Shown: positions 1-10,100 of the stretch, piece after piece
Layout of the letters: the number at the start of each line of letters is the position of its first letter
How positions within the stretch are numbered: the stretch's first letter is position 1
Assembly (NCBI GenBank): GCA_041651155.1
Contig: JBAZJU010000008.1
Location: 1,932 to 65,931 of the forward strand
Direction: 5' to 3'
Length of the DNA stretch: 64,000 bases
Origin: Patescibacteria group bacterium
Lineage (GTDB): Bacteria; Patescibacteriota; Patescibacteriia; CAIXNZ01
Made by a program: the position numbers and the translations under genes
The notes under the pieces: model-generated
Database searches by the model: none
What the model saw: only the letters and a program-made list of their open reading frames with translations
What the model was told of the DNA's origin: nothing

Positions 1-1342
1 AAATTTTAAAATATTTTTCCAGACCCTCAATGCCCAAGCCTTTAAAATCTTCATAACCGCCGCCAATCATGTAAAAAAAGGTATTGACTGACCAGGCAAT
101 TGCTTTATAAACATTAGTTATGCCATGCCCGCCGGCAGCCCAGTCAGGAAAAAACCAGCGGTTATAAAGCCATAAGCCGCCAGTGCTATTAACCGTGGTT
201 TTATCAGTGATAATGCCTTCCTGCAAAGCGCCGGCGGCAATAACCGGCTTTATCGTTGAACCAGACGGATATTCGCCCTTGACTGCCCTATCAAAAAGAG
301 GCTGATTCTCATCATTTAGCAAATTATTATAATCTTGTTCAGAAATGCCTTGGGCAAAAAGGTTAAGATCAAAATCAGGATAGCTTACCAGCGCCAGGAC
401 TTCCCCATTCTGAGGATTTAACATTATGACAGCCCCCTTTTTTTTATTAAGGCTATGCAAATGATTAATTAAAATTTCCCGCACTTTATTTTGCACCTTT
501 TGATCCACGCTTAAAACCAAACTTTTACCATTAACCGGATCCTCATGATAAAGGACTTTGTCCTCATGACCTGCCGCATCAACTTCAATCCCCTCTTGCC
601 CGAATTTTCCCCTTAAAACAGATTCGTAGCTTAATTCCAAACCAGTCTTGCCAATATAATCATTCAAGTTATAGCCATCCTGGCTGTGCTGGTCTAATTC
701 TTTTTCCGTTATTTTTCCTTCGTAGCCCAAGATATGGGCAAAATCAACAGGGCTAAAATATTGCCGCTGGTCCTGAGCATCAATAGATAAGCCCGTAAAT
801 TGAGCTGCTTTAATCTTTAAATCAATGGCTTCTTCATAACTCAGGTTTTCTTTAATTAAAAGCGGATATTTAAAATTTTTTGGATATTTGGCTAAAAGAT
901 CTGCAATTGGCTGGCTGGCAATGTTTAAAATCTGGCTGATACTATTTATCTCTTCCAGTCTTTTATCATTATTTAATGACAAATCTTTGGGTAAAATCAT
1001 GGCGTTGAAAATCGGCAAATTTTTCACTAATGGCTGGTTCTGGCTGTCATAAATCAAGCCTCTGGCCGCCGGCAAGATTTTTTCCCTGGTTCTGTTGGAG
1101 TCAGCCAAAAGCTGGTAATATTGGCCCTTGAAAATTTGCAAATACATTGTCCTGCCTAAAAGAATAAGCAGGCAGGCCATAACCAGATAGGAAAAAAAAT
1201 TTATTTTGTTTTCACTTATAAATTTGCCTAAAAATCCATGGCCAGACTGGCTGATCTTTTCACCCTCTAAATTATCATCAAAAAAATCAGCCTCAATTTC
1301 TTGGGCTCGCCTGTATTCTCTATTAACAAATAAGTCTCTCAT
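1..1342 (-). CDS. mrdA: penicillin-binding protein 2 (partial; runs off the left edge)
   Basis: Manual translation from ATG at 1342 (overlaps the mreD TGA): TM segment, LQIFKGQYYQLLADSNRTREKILPAARGLIYD dimerisation-domain motif and transpeptidase GEYPSGSTIKP (SxxK) near 245-280; follows mreBCD. Confidence 0.9.
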   Translation of the reverse strand, partial: MRDLFVNREYRRAQEIEADFFDDNLEGEKISQSGHGFLGKFISENKINFFSYLVMACLLILLGRTMYLQIFKGQYYQLLADSNRTREKILPAARGLIYDSQNQPLVKNLPIFNAMILPKDLSLNNDKRLEEINSISQILNIASQPIADLLAKYPKNFKYPLLIKENLSYEEAIDLKIKAAQFTGLSIDAQDQRQYFSPVDFAHILGYEGKITEKELDQHSQDGYNLNDYIGKTGLELSYESVLRGKFGQEGIEVDAAGHEDKVLYHEDPVNGKSLVLSVDQKVQNKVREILINHLHSLNKKKGAVIMLNPQNGEVLALVSYPDFDLNLFAQGISEQDYNNLLNDENQPLFDRAVKGEYPSGSTIKPVIAAGALQEGIITDKTTVNSTGGLWLYNRWFFPDWAAGGHGITNVYKAIAWSVNTFFYMIGGGYEDFKGLGIEGLEKYFKI

Positions 1343-1863
1343 TTTTTTATTAAAAAGACTAAATTTAATTTTTTAATTGTTAATTTGGCAATGACAAAAA
1401 TCAAACTGATCAAAGCCACATTAAGGATATTCTGCCACAAAAAATTTATTAAAAAAATGCTGTCAACTGAGATATAAATTCTAATCATCCCTAATAGATA
1501 GGCCAGATAATTAATTAAGACCAATAAGCAATTGTACAAAAAAGTGGCCATGACAATTAAAATTATATTGGTCAAATATGAAAAATTAATTAAAACATGC
1601 TTATATAAAAAATTAACCAGGCTTATTATTAGTAAAAATATGATTATTAATGAACCGAATGGCAAATATGAATAAAGGCCGGCAATTAAACCGATAATCA
1701 CCGAGAAAATGAAACCCAGATTAAAGCCGGAAATAATGGTGATAAAAACTAAAAAAACCAATAAGATGTTCAGATTCGCAGTATAGCCAAAAACCATTAA
1801 AATGCTTTGCTGAATAAAAACCAAAAATAATGAGATAAATATGTAATAAAGATATTTAATCAT
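1339..1863 (-). CDS. mreD: rod shape-determining protein MreD (putative)
   Basis: Highly hydrophobic 174 aa protein between mreC and PBP2; GLIAGLYSYLPFG resembles the MreD motif. Confidence 0.7.
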   Translation of the reverse strand: MIKYLYYIFISLFLVFIQQSILMVFGYTANLNILLVFLVFITIISGFNLGFIFSVIIGLIAGLYSYLPFGSLIIIFLLIISLVNFLYKHVLINFSYLTNIILIVMATFLYNCLLVLINYLAYLLGMIRIYISVDSIFLINFLWQNILNVALISLIFVIAKLTIKKLNLVFLIKK

Positions 1864-1878
1864 AGAAATTAAATCTAA

Positions 1879-2688
1879 TTAATAGCTTTTTGGCAAAATT
1901 ACGCTTAAAATAGTAATTTCTTCATAATCAAGCAAAGGGCTGAGCGTCGCACTTTTAAACAATTCGTTTTCCTGGCTGATAATACGGTTTATCTTGCCTA
2001 AGATTAGCCCACGAGGTATGTTTTTTTCTAAGCCTGAAGTAATGAATAAATCACCTTCTTTTATTTCTAAATCTTGAGGAATTAATTCTACTTTTATGCT
2101 TAAGCCGTACTCGCCGATTGCCATGCCCGTTGTTTTATTATTAGCCAGCGTGCTGACGGCCAATTCGCTCATTTTGTCAGTAATCAGTAAAACCGTCGCT
2201 AAATGGTCACTAGCGGCAATGACCTTGCCGACAATAATACCATTATCAACAACTACGGGATAACCCTCGGCAATACCATCCAATTTGCCTTTATCAAGCA
2301 ATAAGGTATTCAAACGATCCTGATCACGGCCAATAACTTTAGCCAGGACAAGATCATAATTCTGGCTGGTTTTAAAATTTAAAGTCGTTCTTAATTTTTC
2401 ATTTTCTGTTTTATAATCATTGAGCTGGGTATTGGCAAAAAGCAGCTCATCATACTGGCGTTTTAATTCAATATTTTCCTTTTTTAAATTTTGCGCTTCC
2501 TGATAATTTATAAACGAATATTTTAATTTGGTCAAAAAGGCATAAGTCTGATGCTGGGACTCATTTAAAATTCCCATGATGAAATTTTCAGGCGCTGCTA
2601 AAATTCTTAAATAATGGAAAAAAATAAGCAGTATGATAACTGCCAAAATATAAATTTTTAGATATTGATTTTTTTTCTTTTCAATCAT
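1879..2688 (-). CDS. mreC: rod shape-determining protein MreC
   Basis: N-terminal TM, coiled coil, AKVIGRD...LDKG..DGI, GIIVGKV, ITSGL..NIPRGLILGKI motifs. Confidence 0.93.
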   Translation of the reverse strand: MIEKKKNQYLKIYILAVIILLIFFHYLRILAAPENFIMGILNESQHQTYAFLTKLKYSFINYQEAQNLKKENIELKRQYDELLFANTQLNDYKTENEKLRTTLNFKTSQNYDLVLAKVIGRDQDRLNTLLLDKGKLDGIAEGYPVVVDNGIIVGKVIAASDHLATVLLITDKMSELAVSTLANNKTTGMAIGEYGLSIKVELIPQDLEIKEGDLFITSGLEKNIPRGLILGKINRIISQENELFKSATLSPLLDYEEITILSVILPKSY

Positions 2689-2693
2689 AATTT

Positions 2694-2720
2694 AAGCTCC
2701 ACGAGCTTAGGCCCGTGGAT
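2694..2720. repeat. IS200/IS605-end-like hairpin
   Basis: AAGCTCCACGAGCTTAGGCCCGTGGAT: CCACGAGC/GCCCGTGG stem with one mismatch, fills the mreB-mreC gap. Confidence 0.4.
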
Positions 2721-3778
2721 TACATTTTTGAACTTTGCTCCATGGTTGAAGGCGAGGCAACATTTTTAAGCAAAGGCAGATCATCAAGCAAATAGCCGGT
2801 GCCTCTGACTACAGCAGTTAAGGGATCATCAGCCACAAAAACCGGAATTTGAGTGGCTCGGGAAATGGCAATGTCTAGAGATTTTAAAAGCGCGCCGCCG
2901 CCAGTTAGCAGGATGCCTCTCTCATAAATATCTGCCACTAATTCCGGCGGAGTAATTTCCAGGGTAGCTTTGACATTATCAATAATTATTCTGACAGATT
3001 TTGCCAAGGCTTCCCTGATCTGGCTGTCATTAACAATAATTTCTTTGGGCAGGCCAGTCACCAAATCACGGCCTCTCATCTGGGCTTCAAGGGGCTGCTT
3101 TAATTCTGCGGCTGAACCGATTTTAATTTTAATTTCTTCAGCAACTTTTTCGCCTAAAAGCAAGTTGAATTTGCTGCGCGCATATTGAATAATATTTTTG
3201 TTCATTTCATCACCGGCGATTTTTATAGTTTTCCAGGTCACAACGCCGCCTAAAGAAATTACTGCTATCTCAGAAGTACCGCCGCCAATATCAACAATCA
3301 TATTGCCCAAAGCTTCTTCAATCGGCAAACGGCAACCGATGGCCGCTGCCATTGATTCTTCAACCAGATAAACCTCGCGCGCACCGGCAGAATAAGCCGC
3401 ATCTTCAACTGCTTTTCTTTCCACTTCAGTAATATCCAATGGCACCCCTATAACTACTCTTGGTCGAGGCAGCAAATTAAAGCCTTCAGCATGGATTTTA
3501 TCAATGAAATATTTAAGCATTTTCTCAGTCACTTCAAAATCAGAAATTACGCCGTCAACCAAAGGTTTAATCGCAATAATATGGGCCGGAGTTTTGCCGA
3601 CCATTTTTTTGGCTTCACCGCCCACTGCTAAAATCTGATCAGTTTTAGAATTAATGGCCACGACTGATGGCTCATTAATCACAATCCCCTTATCTTTGAC
3701 ATAAACTAAAGTATTGGCAGTGCCTAAGTCAATGCCAATATCTTTGGAAAATCTGCCTAGAATTCTATCAAAAATCAT
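2720..3778 (-). CDS. mreB: actin-like rod shape protein MreB
   Basis: IGIDLGTANTLV, EPSVVA, VDIGGGTSE, LTGGGALL motifs. Confidence 0.97.
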   Translation of the reverse strand: MIFDRILGRFSKDIGIDLGTANTLVYVKDKGIVINEPSVVAINSKTDQILAVGGEAKKMVGKTPAHIIAIKPLVDGVISDFEVTEKMLKYFIDKIHAEGFNLLPRPRVVIGVPLDITEVERKAVEDAAYSAGAREVYLVEESMAAAIGCRLPIEEALGNMIVDIGGGTSEIAVISLGGVVTWKTIKIAGDEMNKNIIQYARSKFNLLLGEKVAEEIKIKIGSAAELKQPLEAQMRGRDLVTGLPKEIIVNDSQIREALAKSVRIIIDNVKATLEITPPELVADIYERGILLTGGGALLKSLDIAISRATQIPVFVADDPLTAVVRGTGYLLDDLPLLKNVASPSTMEQSSKM

Positions 3779-3865
3779 AATGATACTAATTTACAAATAT
3801 TATACTAATGATACAAATAGTTCCCCTGTTTTAATTCCAGATACCTGTCCATTTTACCTTTCTTA

Positions 3866-3925
3866 CCTGTCATCCGACCTGTCTGCCATAGCTTAAGCGG
3901 AGGCAGAAGCTTTAGCGTAGGATGA
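3866..3925 (+). repeat. two nested 30-nt hairpin elements
   Basis: Inner CCTGTCTGCCATAGCTTAAGCGGAGGCAGA (3878-3907) lies inside CCTGTCATCCGA|AGCTTTAGCGTAGGATGA. Confidence 0.8.
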
Positions 3926-3957
3926 CCCCTTTTACCCTTCTTTCTCTTTTTACTCTT

Positions 3958-5211
3958 TTAAATTAATCCTTTAAGGTATTTTATCAGTTTATCCAGCTTA
4001 ACTATTTCCAGCTTATCAGAATTTCTCGGCTTTATTTCCACGCTTTTAGCTTGCAAAGTTTTTGCGCTTAAAACAAGCCTGAACGGAATACCGATTAAAT
4101 CACTGTCTTTTAATTTAATTCCAGCTGATTCTTCCCTATCATCATATAGCACTTCAAAGCCAGCTTTAACCAGCTCATTATATAACTTGTCCCCATTTTT
4201 TGCAAGTTCCTTTTCTGAACCTAAAGTCAGTAAATGCAGGGCAAAAGGAGCCACTTCTTGGGGCCAAATAATACCCTTATTATCATGATGAATTTCAACT
4301 ATAGTCCCCATAAGTCTGCCCAAACCCATACCATAACAACCCATAGTAATAATAACTTCCTGCCCCTCGCTATTATTTACTTTTAAATCAAAAGGAAGTG
4401 AGTATTTTGTCTTAAGCTTAAAAATATTGCCTGTTTCAATGGCCTTGGCTTCTTTAAAATCTTTAACAGTCAGATTGCAGGTTTCACATTTAGTTATAAC
4501 CTCAATAATTTCTTTATTATAAGCAATTTTACATTTTGGGCAGATATAAATTGTATCTTCACCGGCTGGCGTGACTGTTTGAAATTCATGTGAATATTTT
4601 GAGAATGAAGATCCAGAAGCCAAAGTCAGATATGTTTCTGCTCTAATCCCTGCTCTTTGAAAAATCTTAAAATAAGCATCTTTAGCTTTTTCATAATATT
4701 CATCCAAATCTTTTTCGTCTAAATGGAAAGAATAAAGGTCTTTCATGACAAATTCCCTGCCACGCAAAATGCCGGACTTTGAACGCAATTCCATTCTGAA
4801 TTTATTTTGAAATTGATAAATATAGACCGGTAAATCTTTGTAGGAATTGATGAATTTTTTCATTAATGGCACAACCACTTCTTCATGAGTCGGTCCCAGC
4901 GCAAATTCATGGCCGCTTGAATCTTTAACTTTGTATAAATCATCCATGCTTGACCAACGGCCTGTTTTTTCCCAATTATCTTTAGGATGCAATGAGGGCA
5001 TCACAATTTCCTGGCCGCCAATATTATTCATTTCTTCACGAATAATATTCTCAAGCTTTTTAAAAACTCTTAAGCCCAGTGGCAATAGAGTATAGACGCC
5101 GGCTGCCAATTTATCAATAAAGCCTGCCCTAATTAATAATTGGGCATTAAGGCTTTTTTCCTCCTCCCCTATTTCTTTTTTAGTTTTGGTAAATAAAAAT
5201 GATTGTTTCAT
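3958..5211 (-). CDS. proS: proline--tRNA ligase (short form)
   Basis: LGPTHEE, YQFQNKFRME.R...G.LRGREF.MKD.YSF, MGCYGMGLGR, anticodon-binding YDDRE..AG.KLKDSDLIG. Confidence 0.96.
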   Translation of the reverse strand: MKQSFLFTKTKKEIGEEEKSLNAQLLIRAGFIDKLAAGVYTLLPLGLRVFKKLENIIREEMNNIGGQEIVMPSLHPKDNWEKTGRWSSMDDLYKVKDSSGHEFALGPTHEEVVVPLMKKFINSYKDLPVYIYQFQNKFRMELRSKSGILRGREFVMKDLYSFHLDEKDLDEYYEKAKDAYFKIFQRAGIRAETYLTLASGSSFSKYSHEFQTVTPAGEDTIYICPKCKIAYNKEIIEVITKCETCNLTVKDFKEAKAIETGNIFKLKTKYSLPFDLKVNNSEGQEVIITMGCYGMGLGRLMGTIVEIHHDNKGIIWPQEVAPFALHLLTLGSEKELAKNGDKLYNELVKAGFEVLYDDREESAGIKLKDSDLIGIPFRLVLSAKTLQAKSVEIKPRNSDKLEIVKLDKLIKYLKGLI

Positions 5212-5600
5212 ATTTTTATGCTTGGTTTAGATTTATAGCCCATGAAAAATATTTCTAAGATGACAAAGGCCAGAATTAAGAAAAAAATGTTTCTCCAGAT
5301 TAACAAATTAGCGCTTTTTAAAAACAAGCTGATGACTATTAACAAAGAAAACCAAACTGCCTGGCGGAATGAGGTAATAACTTTTCTGAAGATTAAATGC
5401 TCTGAGGTAAAAAATATCCTGGCAATCAGGCCAATTATGGAAAAAATCCCGATTAAAGTCAGCAATAAGCTGAAATAAAACAAAATTAATGCTAACAGAT
5501 TGGCCTTTGTCGGATCAAAAAAATAAACTACTGCTAAAAAAGCAAAAAAGCAGGCAATGGTGCATAAAAGCATTAAAATAATATAAGATCTTAATGTCAT
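5208..5600 (-). CDS. four-TM membrane protein of unknown function
   Basis: 130 aa, four hydrophobic segments, SFRQA motif; overlaps the proS start. Confidence 0.75.
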   Translation of the reverse strand: MTLRSYIILMLLCTIACFFAFLAVVYFFDPTKANLLALILFYFSLLLTLIGIFSIIGLIARIFFTSEHLIFRKVITSFRQAVWFSLLIVISLFLKSANLLIWRNIFFLILAFVILEIFFMGYKSKPSIKI

Positions 5601-5625
5601 AATTATGACTTAGTATATTAAGTAG

Positions 5626-5767
5626 GGATACTAATTTACGAATATTATACGAATAATACTAATTGGAACCGTATGAAAATTTGAGAACTATTAGTATATT
5701 TTGCCTGCCTGCCCTGCCTACCGGCAGGCAGGCGGCAGGCAGGTATTGAATTCGTACATTAGTATCC
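5626..5767. repeat. heptamer inverted-array element containing nested 20-nt palindromes
   Basis: GGATACTAAT...ATTAGTATCC termini with TAC(T/G)AAT and ATT(A/C)GTA arrays; CCTGCCTACCGGCAGGCAGG (5713-5732) inserted in CCTGCCTGC|CGGCAGGCAGG. Confidence 0.75.
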
Positions 5768-5987
5768 AAATATAGATAATGGCGTTTTACCAAATTTAGG
5801 CAAATACGGCACTAAAACAAAAAAACGCTAAGAACAAGTTAGCTTAATTTTAGCAAATTTATATAAATTTAGCAATTGCCAAAATGGCCCAAGAACATTA
5901 TTTAAATACCTTAATTTTCTTAAATTAACTAAATAAAAAACACCACGCAACGCGTGACGTTTTTGCAATAAAATCAATTTATACAAA

Positions 5988-6413
5988 TTAGCTTTGGCTA
6001 GCTTGCATCTTCTGCACTTTAATCTCCAGATCCGCTAATTGCTTTTTCATAATTTCAATATCGCGATAAGCAGCTGAGATATCCTCGCCTTCAAACGTTT
6101 CTATATTATCTAGCCTTTCTTTAATTTCTTTTAATTCAAGCCTAATATCAGCCAATTCCTGTTTAATTGGAACCAATAGATCTTCAAACGTAGATAGAAC
6201 TCTTATTTCCATTTGTTTTAAGTCTTCTTTAGTCGCAAAACGGTCCAAGTCTTCTTTGGTCGCAAAACGGTCCAAATCTTCTTTGTTAGCAAAACCATCC
6301 AAATCTTCTTTGGTCGCAAAACGGTCCAAATCTTCTTTGTTAGCGGCATTGTCTTTAATAAAAGTTACAATGTCTAATATATCTTTTATATTTTGTTCCT
6401 GGCTATTGTCCAT
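5988..6413 (-). CDS. coiled-coil protein with (A)TKEDLDRF repeats
   Basis: ORF track; 9-aa tandem repeats followed by a heptad-rich C-terminus. Confidence 0.8.
   Translation of the reverse strand: MDNSQEQNIKDILDIVTFIKDNAANKEDLDRFATKEDLDGFANKEDLDRFATKEDLDRFATKEDLKQMEIRVLSTFEDLLVPIKQELADIRLELKEIKERLDNIETFEGEDISAAYRDIEIMKKQLADLEIKVQKMQASQS
6222..6345. repeat. 27-bp coding tandem repeat, about 4.5 copies
   Basis: Unit RTCTTCTTTGGTCGCAAAACGGTCCAA and variants. Confidence 0.9.
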
Positions 6414-6512
6414 AAAATTTATTTTTCTTTATACTAACAGTATACGATTTAATTATTTAATAGTCAAAATTGCGCAAATCACTATAAATAATTTGCTATG
6501 TTAAATTAACCG

Positions 6513-6803
6513 CTATATTACCAGCCTGATATCCTTGATAAAATCTGGGCTAAACTTGGCGTTTATTTTCTCAAGGATTTCTGCTTTTCTAAAATTCATT
6601 TCCTGGGCCATCACAGAACTTAAGCAAGCCACTGTCAGGATATTATTTTTAATATATAATGGTTTAATTTTTTTACCAAGATTAGAGCCGAATATTTTAA
6701 TAATAATCTCTTTAAATTCTTCAATTATTAAAGAGGTTTTAACCTGTTGGCTAAAACCTTGCTGAGTAATCCGTTTAGATAAAAATTTACTTATGTGTTC
6801 CAT
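6513..6803 (-). CDS. DUF721/DciA-family protein (putative helicase loader)
   Basis: 96 aa, LYIKNNILTVACLSSVMAQEM...ILEKIN...IKDIRL pattern typical of DUF721. Confidence 0.7.
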   Translation of the reverse strand: MEHISKFLSKRITQQGFSQQVKTSLIIEEFKEIIIKIFGSNLGKKIKPLYIKNNILTVACLSSVMAQEMNFRKAEILEKINAKFSPDFIKDIRLVI

Positions 6804-6905
6804 AAGCTTGCTTGTAAAACAATAGTAATAGATTGTAATACAATTGTCTTACAATTTATTACCATATCTTACAACAATAAAACAAATAAAAAGCCTAAAA
6901 ACGAT

Positions 6906-7115
6906 TTATTTAATATTTGTTTTTAGCTGACCCAGGACTGTATTAATTGCCTGCGCAATTGCTAAATCATCTGCTTTTAATTTTTCAACTTCTTTTTGCA
7001 AAGACATGTTGTTTATAAATAAAAAAACATTGCTCAAAACCAAAGCGCCTAAAATAAAAATTATTAGAACTTGAAGCCAGTCTATTCTATTTCCCTCTTT
7101 ATTAATTAATTTCAT
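6906..7115 (-). CDS. small single-pass membrane protein
   Basis: N-terminal TM followed by a short coiled coil. Confidence 0.65.
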   Translation of the reverse strand: MKLINKEGNRIDWLQVLIIFILGALVLSNVFLFINNMSLQKEVEKLKADDLAIAQAINTVLGQLKTNIK

Positions 7116-7162
7116 AATTTTCTAATTAGTAGATTAGTAATAAATTAGCTGATTAGTAACCT

Positions 7163-10100
7163 TTATTTTTCATAGACCACAAAAATCGTTATCACATCCC
7201 CTTCTGTCCAGGTACCGCCCAATTTATCCACTCTGATAGCCGAGCCGTCATATTCAATCCTGTTTTCCGTATTAGTACTCCAAAAATCCTGATCGCCATA
7301 AACATTGCCGCTGACCACATAATGAACGCCATGCAAACTGGCAATTTTGTCTTTTGTGGCTTTTGCCCATGATTCTGAAAAATATGTATTTGTAACATCA
7401 TCGCTGGTTATTGTATGCCTGATTAGATCAGAAGCTAAAAATTCGTTGTCATTTGTCTTTAAATAATTTGAGGCTAAATCTCCTGTTGTTTTTAAACTTT
7501 GATCAAAAATGAATTGCGTATTAGTGGCATCCCAGATTAAATTGCCATAGTTGCTGCCCATATTGCCAAAAGATATCAAATTATAAATAGTATCGCTGCC
7601 TGAAACAGAAGAAGCCGCATTCCAAATTTTTAGAGGGTAAGTTGTGTTATTATTACTGTTAAAAAGTCCGGCAATAATTCCGTCACCGCTAGTATAATTG
7701 TTTAAAACTAATAATGAAGCCAGGCCTGAAATACCGCCTCTGCTGTTTATAACCATCTTATCAGGGTTGTCTGTTGCTCTGGCAATAATGTCTCCTAAAT
7801 TTAAAAGCTGGCTTTTATAAATAACTAGACTGTCCAAAATGCCTTTATAAAAATTACCGGACGAATCTTTGCCAATGTATAAATCAGCCGCATTATCCAG
7901 ACTGCCGGTTACACTGGTAATATTTTGGATGTATGTTAATGAACCATCATAAGCCATAGTGACATTACTGGAACGATCAAAGGCAATTAAAACATGATGC
8001 CACTTGCCATCATTTAAAGCATATCCGCCTGCTACATTTGTGCTATAAGTATTGGTGCCATCTCCGATAAAAAAACCGATTTTATTATTAGAATCAAAAT
8101 AAACTTCATAGCCGGCATCCCCGCTTCTTTTGGAAATAATCCTTTTATTTGTCTGGTCACTTGAATCTGCTTTGAGATAAAATTCCAGAGAAAAATTATC
8201 AGTGCCCATATTTAAATTAGCGCTGTCTGTCAAAGTCAGATAATCTGAAAGTCCGTTAAATCCCAAACCATAGCCATAATATCCTTTTTGCCAGGTTGTG
8301 CCTGTAATCGTAGGATCATCAGCCAGGGTAATATTTGAGGTAGTTGTCCCCTGCCCTTCGGCAAAGGCCAGGCCGACTGCCTTGCTATCATTGCTAAAAT
8401 AAACCGGATCTGCCTTATCTTTTTCATTAGTACTGGCTGGCAAGCCGATTAAACTGCCGACAGGCGAAGAAATATTGCCATCGCTCAAATTATTAGCCAC
8501 ATAAAGATTTTCAAATGCAGAATTAAAATGATTTTTGACTTCTGCAGGCGTTAAAACATCATCATAAATAGCGACACTATCAATTTCACCATCAAGTGAA
8601 GTATTTGGGCTGCCTGCTGAACCAAGATAGAATTTATCAAACCTGCTTATGTCTAAATTTGAATATGCAGTACTTAAGGCAAATTGCCCGTCACCATAAA
8701 AAGATACATTCCCTGAATCCCAGGCAATTACAACATAATGCCAGCTAGTATCCGGGATACTGCCCAGAGGAATCTTTGTGTCTCCTACCTTGAAATACAT
8801 ATCGCTCTGATTTTCTTTGGCAAACACAATTTCATTGGAAGTGCTTTCCGCCAGTCTAAAAGCATAATTATCAGCTGAGGCGGTTATATCATTAAATTTT
8901 ACCCAAAACTCAATTGAACCCTGAGTTGATGATAAGCCGGGATCTGCAAAAGACACTGAATCGCCATCAGCGCCAAATTTCATGCCATAGCCAATATAGC
9001 CTGAATTTGTCCAGTCAGCATTGCCATTGACAGTACCATTGGCATTGCCAGCCAGATCCGTGACAGTGGAACCGACAGAATCAGAAAAATCATAGGCTAA
9101 TTTTTTATTTTCATCACTATAATGCGTGTAATCCTGCGAATTTGCGCGATTTGCTAAATAAGGCATTTGATTCGGCAGATAAGTTTCAGCGCTGAATTTA
9201 ATACGCTGATAAAAATTATCCCAGGCCAGATAGCCCTCGCCTGTATTTTCATCATCGCTAGATTCAAGATAAATTGTGTGGGTTGTAATTTTGTTGCTAT
9301 GGATATTTTGCCTATTGTCATCTGCATATATTCTTTTTATTTCATCCGGGCTTAAAGCTCTATTAAAAACTTTAACTTCATCAAATTGTCCCCTGGCATA
9401 ATTGGCCGCATAATTGCCGATATTAAATGCGCCGGTCAAATTTTCCATGCCAGCATATGATGAGCTGTTGCTTTCATTGACAGTATCATCAACTTCTATT
9501 CCATTAATATATAATTTTATTCCGGCCGATGTTTTTGAACTATCATAAGTCGCAATCACATTAGCCCACTCCCCTTCATAGCTTGTTAAGGCGGTATTAA
9601 ACATTCTACCCAAATAAGTATTGGTCTGGCTTTGATCAATCAGCTGCAGATTAATCTTATCATCAGCATTAATATAAAATTTATATTCGTCATCAGCAGA
9701 ACCTGTGCCTTTGCTGGCAATTATAAAATTAGTGGCTTCATCCATTTTTATCCAGGCTGACAATGTGAAAGCCGAATCATCTGTGCCATTGCCAAAGCTT
9801 AATTTATCATCATCAGCTACTGAAAAATATTGATTAAGACCATCAAGAGTCAAAACATCATTAGCAGCACTGGCGCTGTTTTCCAATGTTCCAGTTAAAC
9901 CATTGGGGCTGCTATCATCTGAATTCCCATTAAAGCCATAATCTGCGACCAAAGAACTATCTATAATTTTTGGCACGCTCAAATTTCCGGTCATTTCACC
10001 GCCTTCAATCTGAACAAAATCTGCAGATCCCTTGCCATTCAATTTGTCAGCATTCATGGCATAAGGCGTAGCTGTAAATCTTTTTCTGGGCAAAAATACT

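Noticed and set aside
6222-6345. Possible CRISPR array (27-bp repeats)
   Set aside because: Repeats are contiguous without spacers, in frame in a CDS, and no cas genes are present.
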